DNA of 64,000 nucleotides from an uncultured virus (IMG/VR IMGVR_UViG_3300008624_000520) (IMGVR_UViG_3300008624_000520:1-64000); one strand, 5' to 3'; shown: positions 47,361-57,485, counted from the first letter of the stretch. Notes: generated from the letters alone by a model not told the origin. A program made the numbers and translations.

Positions 47361-47690
47361 CTAAAGCGTCCCTTCATTTACAATCGTGTCAGATGAAACA
47401 GCAGGTGCTGCTACATTAACAGTTCTTGTAGACTTAGGAACATTACGATACACAACCTTTTGCAATGCGTCCCTTACTTCAAATTGAGAAGATAACTCCT
47501 CATTTTGTAATAAGAATTTGGATGCGTCTTGCTTGGTCATGGCTTCCGGTAATTCACAAAACCAAGTATCGGTGTTGTCATTAGCCGTAAGTTTTTTAAT
47601 ACGAGAAACCATATCATTACCAAATCTAGCCTTAGTCTGGCCGGATGCTGTAACGCTATAGCCTGCGTATGTAAATAATTGTTCAGTCAT
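47361..47690 (-). CDS. Hypothetical early protein
   Basis: KARFGND..RIKKL; RBS ggag; promoter upstream. Confidence 0.65.
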   Translation of the reverse strand: MTEQLFTYAGYSVTASGQTKARFGNDMVSRIKKLTANDNTDTWFCELPEAMTKQDASKFLLQNEELSSQFEVRDALQKVVYRNVPKSTRTVNVAAPAVSSDTIVNEGTL

Positions 47691-47716
47691 AACAAATTTC
47701 TCCATTTAACATATAC

Positions 47717-47745
47717 ATTATAGACTCATACTAAGTATAAGTCAA
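47717..47745 (-). promoter_or_regulatory. Sigma70-type promoter TTGACT-17-TATAAT
   Basis: Near-consensus. Confidence 0.8.
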
Positions 47746-47769
47746 CTACCAATAGGACCAAAAAGCTAA

Positions 47770-48147
47770 TTAAGCAGCTTGTCTTAAAAGCCTCTCTATG
47801 AGTGGCTCTTTAGAATAAGATATACGATTTTTAAAACAGTAATAACCTGGGTCCTGGTCTGCATCATTAGCATCCATGTCCCATCTTAAGGCTGTTGGTA
47901 TATCCCTAGCGCCCATTTGAACAAGTCCACGTAGGTGTGCTTTCCACGCTTTAAACGCTTCGGCTTCCATTACCCTTTCTTGCTCAAATATTTCATCGGC
48001 TTCTTTGGAAAGTCTATCATATGAGTCTCTGGCGTCTTCAACAGTTTCCCAGTCAGGGCAAAACCTACTACCATATGCGCTCTTATGTAGATCGCTATAA
48101 TAGACTTGGATCTGTTCTAACTCTGTTAATTCGTCCCATTCTTTCAT
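47770..48147 (-). CDS. Hypothetical early protein
   Basis: YSDLHKSAYG.R and GA.D..TALRW; MKEWD start lies below the promoter. Confidence 0.7.
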   Translation of the reverse strand: MKEWDELTELEQIQVYYSDLHKSAYGSRFCPDWETVEDARDSYDRLSKEADEIFEQERVMEAEAFKAWKAHLRGLVQMGARDIPTALRWDMDANDADQDPGYYCFKNRISYSKEPLIERLLRQAA

Positions 48148-48178
48148 ATTCTTTACCTTTTTTCCAATTTGTACATAC

Positions 48179-48207
48179 ATTATGCACTCTGGCGAACCAA
48201 AAGTCAA
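48179..48207 (-). promoter_or_regulatory. Sigma70-type promoter TTGACT-17-CATAAT
   Basis: GGTTCG box in the spacer. Confidence 0.75.
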
Positions 48208-48800
48208 CCTTTTTCTGGTGTTATATCCTCTTGATTTGATTGTTTTTCTGCATAATGTAAGTAGGTAGTTAGTACATATTTGTCTGAATTTGTTGGATTT
48301 TTGCACTGATAAGGGTATTCCCACGTGGGTGGAAACACCACAGCTCTCCCTTTTCTGGGTTCAACTCCAACAGCTTGTCTTGGAAATTCTGTGTTGCCGT
48401 CATTATCTGACAGATACACTCTAAATGCTACGGCTCTAATAGAATCTGAATTATCCATCACATCTATATGGCCTGCATAACTGTCCTCTGAATTTGCTCG
48501 GAACCTGGTAATAAGAATCTCTTCCATTCCCTGGTGAGCTATTAAATTTGGTATCTCTAGTTCTTCTAGATATTTGCCATAGAGTTTGGCAATTTGTTCA
48601 ACTATTCCATTATGAAAGTCTTCTTCAAAATGGTATCTTGTGTATTCATATCCGGTTGCTGTTAACCCTTGTTCATCTTCAACAGACTTATGAAGGTCTA
48701 AATTTAATTTAAATATGTTGATAAGGTCTTCACAGTTAGAGTCTGAAAAGACACCATCAAATATTCTAAGGGCTCCTAATCTTGGGTTTGTTTTTTCCAT
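48204..48800 (-). CDS. 2OG-Fe(II) oxygenase-like protein (distal His apparently replaced by Tyr)
   Basis: HID, YL.D..GNTEF, PRKG..VVFPPTWEYPY and KY.LTT. Confidence 0.7.
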   Translation of the reverse strand: MEKTNPRLGALRIFDGVFSDSNCEDLINIFKLNLDLHKSVEDEQGLTATGYEYTRYHFEEDFHNGIVEQIAKLYGKYLEELEIPNLIAHQGMEEILITRFRANSEDSYAGHIDVMDNSDSIRAVAFRVYLSDNDGNTEFPRQAVGVEPRKGRAVVFPPTWEYPYQCKNPTNSDKYVLTTYLHYAEKQSNQEDITPEKG

Positions 48801-49006
48801 ACTATTTTCACTCCACGTCTTACCAATTCATTAACATATTGTTGTCGTTTTTTTGGCTTTGTGTTATCATTATTTATAGCATCAAATAATGTCTTCTTTG
48901 ATTGACATTTTAAATAATAGTGTTCTTCAACAGACCTATTTGTTGATCTTCCTGTTACTGGATCTTTGAGCCATTTCCTTCCACTGGGTTTAAATTTAGC
49001 TGGCAT
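48776..49006 (-). CDS. Small basic hypothetical protein
   Basis: MPAKFKPS...NELVRRG. Confidence 0.6.
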   Translation of the reverse strand: MPAKFKPSGRKWLKDPVTGRSTNRSVEEHYYLKCQSKKTLFDAINNDNTKPKKRQQYVNELVRRGVKIVWKKQTQD

Positions 49007-49090
49007 TATTTTTCCTTCTTTCGTCCCAACGACCAATATAGTATGAAACTATACTCACTATTATAAAGTTCATTATCATATAATATTCCA

Positions 49091-49498
49091 TCACTTCTCC
49101 TTCATATTCTTAATTGCATTACCATTCTTTTTAATCTCTTCATCTTGAAGAGCATCTATAATTTTCTGTGCCTTCTCTTGTTTGGTATCAACATGTAAGT
49201 CCTCGTCAACTATTTTCTCTAATTTGAGAAATGCTATTCTTTCATTCTGTACATATCTCCATGTATAACCGTCTGTTCCATATACACCAAATACCGTTTC
49301 TGTAATCCCTATCTTAACTATAAGTGCAGGGCAACCGTCTAATATTACTTTATCACCCTCTGCAAATGCTGGACTCATTTTAAATTTAATCCCTTTAACA
49401 AAGGACGTAGCCCAATCTCTTAATGCCAGCGCAACAATGAGCGTAAAGACTGCTCCTAAGAATTCTACATAGAATTGACTTAGTTCTATATCAGGCAT
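49091..49498 (-). CDS. MscS-like (small mechanosensitive channel) beta-domain protein
   Basis: TM segment, then F.EGD.VILDG..A.IVKIG...T.F...WRYV.N. Confidence 0.55.
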   Translation of the reverse strand: MPDIELSQFYVEFLGAVFTLIVALALRDWATSFVKGIKFKMSPAFAEGDKVILDGCPALIVKIGITETVFGVYGTDGYTWRYVQNERIAFLKLEKIVDEDLHVDTKQEKAQKIIDALQDEEIKKNGNAIKNMKEK

Positions 49499-49857
49499 TA
49501 TTTTTTCGTGTGATGTTCTGTTGATGTACTATTAACATATAAGCCAAACCAAGCTGCTCCTGCTCCTACTAACACTGATATTAAACCAGATTGTGCTACA
49601 GTAGGATCTGGCAATGCCATGAACCAATTTGCTGACTGATATAACAAGTAGATATACATCGTGATAAACACTCTAGGAAAAATTCTCCATCTACTAAAAT
49701 ATTCTGGTGCAACCCACATCCAGCCTCTCTTGTCAGGCTGTGCCCACCAAGGTCGTAAGTTGGGATCTGTACCGTCACCGTCTGCAGCAGTTTTCAGTGC
49801 ATTGTAATCAGCTAAACTTATGCTAACATGATCGTCTGTTCTATTCTGTTCTGCCAT
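49498..49857 (-). CDS. Two-TM membrane protein, holin-like
   Basis: WRIFPR...WFM.LPDPT..QSGL.SV.VGAGAAWFGLY; late promoter at 49927-49934. Confidence 0.6.
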   Translation of the reverse strand: MAEQNRTDDHVSISLADYNALKTAADGDGTDPNLRPWWAQPDKRGWMWVAPEYFSRWRIFPRVFITMYIYLLYQSANWFMALPDPTVAQSGLISVLVGAGAAWFGLYVNSTSTEHHTKK

Positions 49858-50587
49858 TTGTAAATAACTCCGTATAATTTTTATGTCTAATCTTCACTTT
49901 CAATAAATGCTGGATTAGATCACTACTATTTATATTAGTTTTGAGCTTAGCAAAAGGGATATAACCCAATCTTAACCCTGGATCTTCAAAATCTGGTAAG
50001 TCTAACCTATCTTTTAATTTTCTATGAATAATTCTAGCTCTTTTCTTAAATCCTATACCATCTATTTCAGGGCCGAGCCAAACATTAAATCCTGTTCTGG
50101 CGATAGTTTGTGGATGATATTGTTCTTTTTTAACACTTACATCACCAGAGAATACTATCTCTGCAAAATGTTTCCCTACATGTGGATAATTTATATACAA
50201 GTAACCAGGCTTCCTTGTTACAGTAAACTCCTCATAATCTGCTGGAAACAATTCCATAAAACTAGGTCCTGATTCATAACCCCACCTAGGTGGATAACCA
50301 GCATCTACCAATTCATAATAATGAATAAGATGATTAAGCCTTGACATTTCTGGATCGTCTTCATGATCTGCAAAATATTCATGTAATTTATTGAGATCGT
50401 CTGTTGGTTCTTGCCCTAACATGTAGACTATTTTGTCTATTTCACCTTTGATTTCTTCTTTTGTTTCGCCTAAATAAAAGAACTCTTTGGATTCATGCCT
50501 ATGATCTTCTAAAAATTTCGTATATCTTTTGGCCACTACTGTTGGAAGTGGTTCCCATTCAATATCATTTATATTTAAAGTCGTCAT
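49841..50587 (-). CDS. Hypothetical protein
   Basis: RBS gaggag before MTTLN; LN.LH..F and LNHLIH..E motifs. Confidence 0.6.
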   Translation of the reverse strand: MTTLNINDIEWEPLPTVVAKRYTKFLEDHRHESKEFFYLGETKEEIKGEIDKIVYMLGQEPTDDLNKLHEYFADHEDDPEMSRLNHLIHYYELVDAGYPPRWGYESGPSFMELFPADYEEFTVTRKPGYLYINYPHVGKHFAEIVFSGDVSVKKEQYHPQTIARTGFNVWLGPEIDGIGFKKRARIIHRKLKDRLDLPDFEDPGLRLGYIPFAKLKTNINSSDLIQHLLKVKIRHKNYTELFTNGRTE

Positions 50588-51944
50588 ATTTGTTCTCCTC
50601 TCTTCCCTTTTCAAATACCGGAACTTCAATGTTTGCATCTGTTAATTGTTGTTGTGCAGACGGGTCTAAATCAAATAATTTCATTTTTGCTCTGTCTACA
50701 CCTATCATAAATCTTTTATTTCTTGTGGGGTCTGCATATCTATTTTTTAATTGTTTAATCATAAACTGGCCCATCTGTTCTAATTCTTCTGTACTTATCA
50801 TAGCAAACATTAAGTCTGCTGTTGCTGGTAATCCAAAACTTTCTGATGTATCTGTCAAATCTATATCACTACTAGAAAACCCTGATCTTGTTGTCTGTGT
50901 TGCACTAAGAATAGGAACATTTTGTTCTACTGCTAATCCTCTTAATTCTTCTGCAATACTTTTAATAATAACATAAGTATTGGCCTGACTGCCTGGTCTA
51001 AATCTTTGACTCGTACATATATTTAAATAATCTATGAATATGATATCAGGAAAGAAATTTCTCTTTAACTTTAATTCATTTATTAATGCTTTAAAATGTC
51101 CTGTATGTGCTGATGCTGTAGGATATTCTTTTATAATAAGTCTGCCTTCTATCTTTTTATTAATCTTATCTATCCTGTTATCAAACATCGCCTTGGATAA
51201 ATCTTTTAACTCCATAATAGGTATATTCATTAGATTAGCGTCTATACGTTCAGCTATTCTTTCTTCTGCCATTTCTAGGGTAATATAGAGTACATTTTTA
51301 CCCTTAGAGATGCAACTAGACGCCATATGGCACATAAAAAGGGATTTACCTACACCCGTGCCTGCTAATAATATGTTTAATGTTTTATTAGATAACCCGC
51401 CTTCTGTTATTCTATTAAACATATCTAAATCAAACTCTACTTTCTCTTCTAACCTATGATAATAATCATATCTTTTATTTGCGTCTTCTATAAAGTCATG
51501 TCCAATATTTGTATCAAATCCTACTGCCAGTGCTTCTGATAATATCTCAGGTAACGCATCTCTGCCTTGCTCTTTATTCTTTCCATCAAGTATTTGGATA
51601 CTATCCATAACACCTAAGTATAATGCTTTATCCTTACAGAACTTTTCTGTTTCATCTACTAACCATTTCGTATCAGGCTTATCTTCTGTTAAAGAATTAA
51701 CTAAATCTAAACAAACTTTATGAGTCTCTTCGTTTAAAGTCTTATCCTCATTTAAGCTAAGAATTACAGCCTGTTTGTTTGGTGGATTATTATACTTTTC
51801 TACAAAATCACGAATAATTGTAAAAACTTTTTGGTCTTCATTATTCATAAAGTATTGAGCTTTCAGAAAGGGCATAACCTTCCTGACATACTGTTCAGAA
51901 TGTATTAGGTTTTCTATTATTACTTGTTCAATTCTGTCCTTCAT
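50565..51944 (-). CDS. gp41: Replicative DNA helicase (T4 gp41)
   Basis: AGTGVGKS, ITLEMAEE, IDYLNIC, SATQTTR and SESFGLPATAD. Confidence 0.96.
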   Translation of the reverse strand: MKDRIEQVIIENLIHSEQYVRKVMPFLKAQYFMNNEDQKVFTIIRDFVEKYNNPPNKQAVILSLNEDKTLNEETHKVCLDLVNSLTEDKPDTKWLVDETEKFCKDKALYLGVMDSIQILDGKNKEQGRDALPEILSEALAVGFDTNIGHDFIEDANKRYDYYHRLEEKVEFDLDMFNRITEGGLSNKTLNILLAGTGVGKSLFMCHMASSCISKGKNVLYITLEMAEERIAERIDANLMNIPIMELKDLSKAMFDNRIDKINKKIEGRLIIKEYPTASAHTGHFKALINELKLKRNFFPDIIFIDYLNICTSQRFRPGSQANTYVIIKSIAEELRGLAVEQNVPILSATQTTRSGFSSSDIDLTDTSESFGLPATADLMFAMISTEELEQMGQFMIKQLKNRYADPTRNKRFMIGVDRAKMKLFDLDPSAQQQLTDANIEVPVFEKGREENKYDDFKYK

Positions 51945-52179
51945 CCATTTCCTTTACATACTCATTATATACTTCTGCTACACAATTTCCACAGATGTAT
52001 GTCTCCTCCATATCATCATTATGGAAACAATATGCTTTGTCTTCTTCTAGATTTAGTGCTTTCTCACACCTATCACACTTTGTCGTATTCTTGCTCAATG
52101 TCACTATCTGAAAACTCTTTTTGCATGTCTCCAGCTCCCAAACTATATCTATTTTCAACCCATTTGTTGAATCCTTCAT
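51928..52179 (-). CDS. Small zinc-finger protein (start uncertain)
   Basis: CDRC...CGNC. Confidence 0.5.
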   Translation of the reverse strand: MKDSTNGLKIDIVWELETCKKSFQIVTLSKNTTKCDRCEKALNLEEDKAYCFHNDDMEETYICGNCVAEVYNEYVKEMDEGQN

Positions 52180-53140
52180 CCTCTAACAAAGGTATCCAAA
52201 AATCACTACCCATGTCTTTAAGTCTAACTTTCACTTCAGGAGCGATTTCTCCTGTTTCGGGATTCTGTTTTTGATACCATCCAACAGTAGGTTTAATAAC
52301 ATATCCAGATTCTAATCCCATTTCTAATAAACCAGACCAAGGACTAATACCCTCTTCCCAGGAAACTTGCACAATTATCTTAGACTTCTCTCTAACAAAT
52401 CTAGACTTTTCAACATTTATTACAAATTCATAACCTGTAACTTCTGTTCCTGTTTTTTGTTGCCTTCTGCCTATAATATAAATGTTGTCTGCTGAATAAT
52501 ATATACCTGTTCCACCACTTACAACGTCTTTAGGAAACAATCCTATTTCTTTATATGTGTGATTAACCACAATCGCTGGTATATCTTTTATAGTTAAATG
52601 AGGTGTAATCATTCTAAACAGTGACTTCATTTGTTTAGCTCTTGTCATATCTGCTACTGATTTACCCTCTAAAGCATCTTCTACTTCTTTTTTACTTGCC
52701 AAGTTACCCACACTATCAACAATAATCATTACATGGTCGTCTCTTTCTAAACCATTCAACTGTTGCATAGCATCGTGTTTTAATTGTTCTATGTCTGATA
52801 TTGGACTGTGGATTACCCTATTGGTGTCTATTTTAAATGTATCAAAATATGCCTGTGGTGCTCCAAACTCACTATCATAAAACAAAATAACACCATCTTT
52901 ATATTTGTCTAAATATGCTTTAGCCAACAACATAGCAAATGCTGTTTTAAAATGTTTACTTGGTCCTGCAAATACAGTTAATCCTGTTGTAAGACCTCCG
53001 TCTAATTTTCCACTCAACGCAACATTAACTGCAGGTACAGATGTCTGTATTATATCCTGTTCGTTAAAAAATTTGGAATCAGTTAAGACTTCAGATTGTT
53101 TAATCGTCGTGTTTTTCTTTAATTTATCTATTAGGTTCAT
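52073..53140 (-). CDS. uvsX: RecA-like recombinase
   Basis: AGPSKHFKT, YDSEFG, DSVGNLASKKE and SGGTG. Confidence 0.95.
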   Translation of the reverse strand: MNLIDKLKKNTTIKQSEVLTDSKFFNEQDIIQTSVPAVNVALSGKLDGGLTTGLTVFAGPSKHFKTAFAMLLAKAYLDKYKDGVILFYDSEFGAPQAYFDTFKIDTNRVIHSPISDIEQLKHDAMQQLNGLERDDHVMIIVDSVGNLASKKEVEDALEGKSVADMTRAKQMKSLFRMITPHLTIKDIPAIVVNHTYKEIGLFPKDVVSGGTGIYYSADNIYIIGRRQQKTGTEVTGYEFVINVEKSRFVREKSKIIVQVSWEEGISPWSGLLEMGLESGYVIKPTVGWYQKQNPETGEIAPEVKVRLKDMGSDFWIPLLEDEGFNKWVENRYSLGAGDMQKEFSDSDIEQEYDKV

Positions 53141-53930
53141 TACCTCTCCTTATTCTGTTTGCATCTACCGCAACTTTTAAAATATTATCACTATTATAGC
53201 ACAGCGACGAAGTGTGAGTCAAGTCTTTAGGTAAACAAGTACCACCAAATCCTACCTTTCCGTCTGGTCCTGGTACTGCCCAATGTGTTTTACCCAAATT
53301 AGGATCATTACTAAAAAAGTCTGAAATCACATCGTAATCCATATCCCAAGCATCACATATATTTTTAAATTCATTTGCTAAACCTACTTTAACAGCAAGT
53401 GCTGCATTTCTTGCTATTTTTATCATTGCTGCTTCTTCTGGTTTAATATGACACCATATATTTTTGTGGCATTCAATAGTTTCTATAAAATGATCCATTT
53501 GATACCCACCTACTACCAATGGTAACTCTGGGTTATCAATATCTTCTTTCCAATGCCTTTCTCTTAAAAACTCTGGCCATATAATTGCTCCATAACTTTT
53601 AGTGTATTGAGCTGTTTGATCAGGACCAATTGTGCTCCTTATAACTATTCTATTTACTTTTTTATAGACGTTCTTACATACTTCATCTATTATAGAAGTA
53701 TCTAATTTACTAGGCCAAACTGCTGATCCTGTTTTTTCTTTTTCAGGATCAACCAACAGATTTGTAGGAACACATATAATAGCATAATCTATGCCCCACC
53801 AATCTTCTATTCTTTTATCTAGAGCAGGATCATGAATTAATACACCAGGACTTCCTTTAACATGATTCTTAAAGAAATACTCTGTAGCTTTACCTACAAA
53901 ACCATAACCTACTATCGCTATTTTAGCCAT
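53124..53930 (-). CDS. Short UDP-glucose dehydrogenase-like protein lacking the C-terminal UDP-binding domain
   Basis: IVGYGFVG, ICVPT, RST, PEFLRE and GFGGTCLPKD. Confidence 0.8.
   Translation of the reverse strand: MAKIAIVGYGFVGKATEYFFKNHVKGSPGVLIHDPALDKRIEDWWGIDYAIICVPTNLLVDPEKEKTGSAVWPSKLDTSIIDEVCKNVYKKVNRIVIRSTIGPDQTAQYTKSYGAIIWPEFLRERHWKEDIDNPELPLVVGGYQMDHFIETIECHKNIWCHIKPEEAAMIKIARNAALAVKVGLANEFKNICDAWDMDYDVISDFFSNDPNLGKTHWAVPGPDGKVGFGGTCLPKDLTHTSSLCYNSDNILKVAVDANRIRRGNEPNR
53193..53222 (-). promoter_or_regulatory. Promoter TTGACT-18-(TG)cTATAAT upstream of uvsX
   Basis: Extended -10, inside the 3' end of the upstream gene. Confidence 0.6.
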
Positions 53931-54108
53931 TCTTAATTCTTCGTTCAAGTATTTCAATTTGACTATCCTTTTTCTTTTGCCAGGCGGTCTCATTTCTATC
54001 TTTACCGTTACTCATCTTTTTAGCTGTAAATTTGGAAGCTTTTAATCTTTCTAAAGCTCCTTCTCTTCTTTCCTTACGGCCAAACTTTCTATCTTTTCCG
54101 TGTCTCAT
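53923..54108 (-). CDS. Small basic protein
   Basis: RBS ggag; MRHGKDRK...RREGALERL. Confidence 0.55.
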   Translation of the reverse strand: MRHGKDRKFGRKERREGALERLKASKFTAKKMSNGKDRNETAWQKKKDSQIEILERRIKNG

Positions 54109-54208
54109 CTTCTCTCCAAAAATCATTTTCAAAAGCAACTTGAATACCAACATATATCGCCGTATTGACAAGTATTAATACTAAAAACATAACCCAACCT
54201 GAAATCAT
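54089..54208 (-). CDS. 39-aa single-TM micro-ORF (MISGWVMFLVLILVNTAIYVGIQVAFENDFWREDETRKR)
   Basis: ATGA overlap with the methyltransferase stop. Confidence 0.5.
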   Translation of the reverse strand: MISGWVMFLVLILVNTAIYVGIQVAFENDFWREDETRKR

Positions 54209-54861
54209 TTAATAAAAACTCCTAACCAAAAATCTTTTTTATCTGACATATCAACTCCACCTGCATAAGTTTGTACAATCCAATCATCCATATTTTCTGT
54301 TCCTCCGTATCCGCCTATTGGTACCATCTCAGAAAACTCTTCTCGTTTCTTTGAATACTCATAAAATTTATCTAATTTCATAGGTGTAGTTTCTATTGCT
54401 TTAATAACATCTGCTCCCTTAGGACCACAATTAACCTGAAGAGGATATTCTATGCCTATATCAGAGTGAGCATTACCTGACATAGCCCAATCTATTTCTA
54501 ATGATGTACCACTTGTTTCTTTTCTTAAACTTTCCACAATTAATACCTTTGGTTTAGATATATTGATAATCTGTTCCAACAAATGAAATGGACTATGCAA
54601 ATGATATAATAATCCCATACACAGAACAACATCAAATTCATGGCCGAGCCATTGTTTATAATAATCATTAGCTGTGCCATAAAAATCTGGTGTAATATCT
54701 CCACTTGGATCATATCTTATATGTGGGTCTACTGTAAATAAACTGTCTGCATATTCATTAACAAGTTCTGAGTGAACACCAGTAGAAGCGCCAAATTCAA
54801 TAACACTTTTATTTGATGCATACTTTTCAAATACCTCTCTCAGAAAAGTAGAATACTTCAT
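54205..54861 (-). CDS. Class I SAM-dependent methyltransferase
   Basis: VIEFGASTG and FDVVLCMGLLYHL..P. Confidence 0.8.
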   Translation of the reverse strand: MKYSTFLREVFEKYASNKSVIEFGASTGVHSELVNEYADSLFTVDPHIRYDPSGDITPDFYGTANDYYKQWLGHEFDVVLCMGLLYHLHSPFHLLEQIINISKPKVLIVESLRKETSGTSLEIDWAMSGNAHSDIGIEYPLQVNCGPKGADVIKAIETTPMKLDKFYEYSKKREEFSEMVPIGGYGGTENMDDWIVQTYAGGVDMSDKKDFWLGVFIK

Positions 54862-54935
54862 ACTATATAATTCCACACAAGGATTGCAATAAACGCTCCA
54901 AACAGTATATTATAAATTATAATATCTAAATTCAT
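54858..54935 (-). CDS. 25-aa single-TM micro-ORF (MNLDIIIYNILFGAFIAILVWNYIV)
   Basis: ATGA overlaps on both sides (gp43 stop and methyltransferase start). Confidence 0.5.
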   Translation of the reverse strand: MNLDIIIYNILFGAFIAILVWNYIV

Positions 54936-57427
54936 CCAAATAACTCCTCTAATGATGCTTGTGGCTCTGTATGCCAACCCAATGGATTTAAAATATGCTC
55001 CAAGGGATCAACAAATGCCTTTTGAAAAATTAAATCATAATCAATATATTTTTCTAAACCAAATTCTGTAGGGAGTTTTGTAACAAATGCTATCGTATTT
55101 TCCTTTAAAGGATTAGGTTCTTTTAAATACAAAAACTTAATTTTATCTCCCTCTTGGATTTTTTCATATTTTAATCCTAAATCAAGTTTACCTAAATAAT
55201 GATTATATAATAATCCACCCCTAACATGAATAGGAGTACCTTTACCATATATGTCTGCTGTACTTCTATATTTACTCATATTATTACAACCCCTAGGGAA
55301 CGCAATTAGTTCTGCTGACTTAGTGAGAAAGTCCTTTTTGGCGTCTGCTACGTAGGTTTGTAAAGTATCTTGATCGCTAGTAAGTATTAAACGTACGGCC
55401 TCCCTTAGAGACTCTCTAATTACGCCAGGAGTGCTTGATCTCACTATCTCTAAACCCATTACCTTTAATTTAGGGGCTTGTAACCGCAATCCTTCATCGT
55501 CATATACATTCAAAGCATAACGTTTCTTAGCTACAAATATGCCTTTGTCTGCTATTATCTCCCTTTTAAAATCTATTTTCTTTTCAAAAGCATTAGTATA
55601 ATTAGCTAACCTTTGCATTGCCTGATCTATTGCTGGTTCTATTTTCTCTGATGCCACCTTGTCTATTAAACTAATAACTTTTTGTCTAGACTTATCAGGG
55701 AAAAAGTTTTGAACCATATTGTCTAATGTAACATAACAAGAATCAGTATCACTATAAAAAGAATAAGTTTTATCTTCTGTGCCACAGACTTTATTAACAT
55801 ACTTATCAATTTCCTTTGCTGTATCTCTAATTACTAATTGTCCTGTCATTGTAATACCTTCTGCAATTCTATCATCATAGAATCTAAAGTATTGGTTTGC
55901 CAGGGCACCATATAAACTATTTAATTGGATCTTTCTTGCCATTTGGAAGTTATTATATTTACTAACTTCATTCTCATAAACTTTAGCTCCTGTTTCTTGG
56001 AACTTCCTCTGAGAATCTTGCATAAGTCTTTTATATCTTAATCTATCATTAAAAAACTTCTGTACTATCTCAGGAAACAGGCCTTGCTTTTCTCTTGTGT
56101 AACAAGATCCATTAGCTGCCATAGCGTAATTCTTTTCTTTTAATTTGTCTAACTTATACCTATCTAACAAATCATCTACTTTTACTTCATATTGAAAACC
56201 AGGAACAATAGTTTCTGGACTCATATTGTATTGCATAAGTATAGAAGGATATAGACTTGTGGCATCAAAACTAGCCACCCAATCATAGCCACCTGGTACA
56301 GGCTCTTGTACATAAGCCCCTTCGATTGTTCTCTCTTTCCTACCACCACCCTGATGTAAGACAATTTTCTTCTCCCACAAATGATTATATAATAAACTAT
56401 CCCAAGTTCTAACTGCAGAATATACATCGTTATAATTACATTTAGCATCGTATGCCATTGTAACTGCCAGTTCAATAAGTTTCATCTTATCTTCTAACTC
56501 ATCAACAAGAACTGTATCAATAATATTATACTCTACAAATCTATTCCAATCTTTTTCATAAAACTCTTTAAATGTCTCATAACCGCTTTCAAGTTTGTTT
56601 TTACCTAACTCTGTTTCAGCAATAAAATCTAATCTATAAGATTCCCTAGTAACATAAGTAAATTTTCTATACAAATCTAAATAGTCTAAATTTGCAACAC
56701 CTGTTATTTCATATGCTGTCACTTCTTTTTGCATAAACCTAACTTTTCTTTTATTAACCAAGCCAAATGGAGAAAATCTTTTATGTTCTCCTTCTCCTAA
56801 TATTCTCTCTGTTCTGGATAGTAAATATGGTATATCAAATAAATTACTATTCCAACCTGTAATAATATCTGGACAGTTTTCTTCCCACCACTCTAAAAAG
56901 GTTTTAAGAAGATTATATTCGTCTGTACAATTAATATAATCTATATCATAATCTGCTACTTCTGCTGATGGTGTAAACTCCCCAAGTCCGAAAGTTGTTA
57001 TCTTCTTGGTGTTGTTGTTTTGAAGTGTGATAACTAAAACTTTCTCGCTTGGAGAGTCTACGTTAGGAAATCCACCCTCTGATGTTGTTTCAATATCAAT
57101 AGAGTAGATAGCCATTTTTTTAGCATCCCATTCGATATCTCCAGGATACTTTTCTGTTATGTATTGATAGGCATAATAGTTCTGTCCAAATATTGGAAAA
57201 TTAGAAACGTCTTTATACCTATTAAAAAATTCTGTTGCTTCTTTATTAGAATCAAATTGTATAGGAGATACGGTCTCTCCATAAATGCTTTTGTATTCTG
57301 AGGGTTTGTCTGATTTGACAAATAGGGTGGGTCTAAAATTATGTCGTGATGTAAAACGTTCGCCGTTCTTTACTCCGCGAACTAGAATTTTGTCACCATA
57401 GTGACGTGCATAAGTATAAAAATTCAT
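54932..57427 (-). CDS. gp43: Family B DNA polymerase (T4 gp43)
   Basis: Exonuclease DIET and GWNS..FD; SFDATSLYPS, KIQLNSLYG, YSDTDS and KKRY. Confidence 0.97.
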   Translation of the reverse strand: MNFYTYARHYGDKILVRGVKNGERFTSRHNFRPTLFVKSDKPSEYKSIYGETVSPIQFDSNKEATEFFNRYKDVSNFPIFGQNYYAYQYITEKYPGDIEWDAKKMAIYSIDIETTSEGGFPNVDSPSEKVLVITLQNNNTKKITTFGLGEFTPSAEVADYDIDYINCTDEYNLLKTFLEWWEENCPDIITGWNSNLFDIPYLLSRTERILGEGEHKRFSPFGLVNKRKVRFMQKEVTAYEITGVANLDYLDLYRKFTYVTRESYRLDFIAETELGKNKLESGYETFKEFYEKDWNRFVEYNIIDTVLVDELEDKMKLIELAVTMAYDAKCNYNDVYSAVRTWDSLLYNHLWEKKIVLHQGGGRKERTIEGAYVQEPVPGGYDWVASFDATSLYPSILMQYNMSPETIVPGFQYEVKVDDLLDRYKLDKLKEKNYAMAANGSCYTREKQGLFPEIVQKFFNDRLRYKRLMQDSQRKFQETGAKVYENEVSKYNNFQMARKIQLNSLYGALANQYFRFYDDRIAEGITMTGQLVIRDTAKEIDKYVNKVCGTEDKTYSFYSDTDSCYVTLDNMVQNFFPDKSRQKVISLIDKVASEKIEPAIDQAMQRLANYTNAFEKKIDFKREIIADKGIFVAKKRYALNVYDDEGLRLQAPKLKVMGLEIVRSSTPGVIRESLREAVRLILTSDQDTLQTYVADAKKDFLTKSAELIAFPRGCNNMSKYRSTADIYGKGTPIHVRGGLLYNHYLGKLDLGLKYEKIQEGDKIKFLYLKEPNPLKENTIAFVTKLPTEFGLEKYIDYDLIFQKAFVDPLEHILNPLGWHTEPQASLEELFG

Positions 57428-57456
57428 TATATATCCAACACCATAATATACTACAC

Positions 57457-57485
57457 ATTATAGACTCTTACGAACCTATAATCAA
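57457..57485 (-). promoter_or_regulatory. Sigma70-type promoter TTGATT-17-TATAAT for gp43
   Basis: GGTTCG box in the spacer. Confidence 0.75.

Noticed and set aside
25454..57427. Introns or inteins in nrdA, nrdB, gp41, uvsX or gp43
   Set aside because: All are continuous ORFs of normal length without intein or LAGLIDADG motifs.
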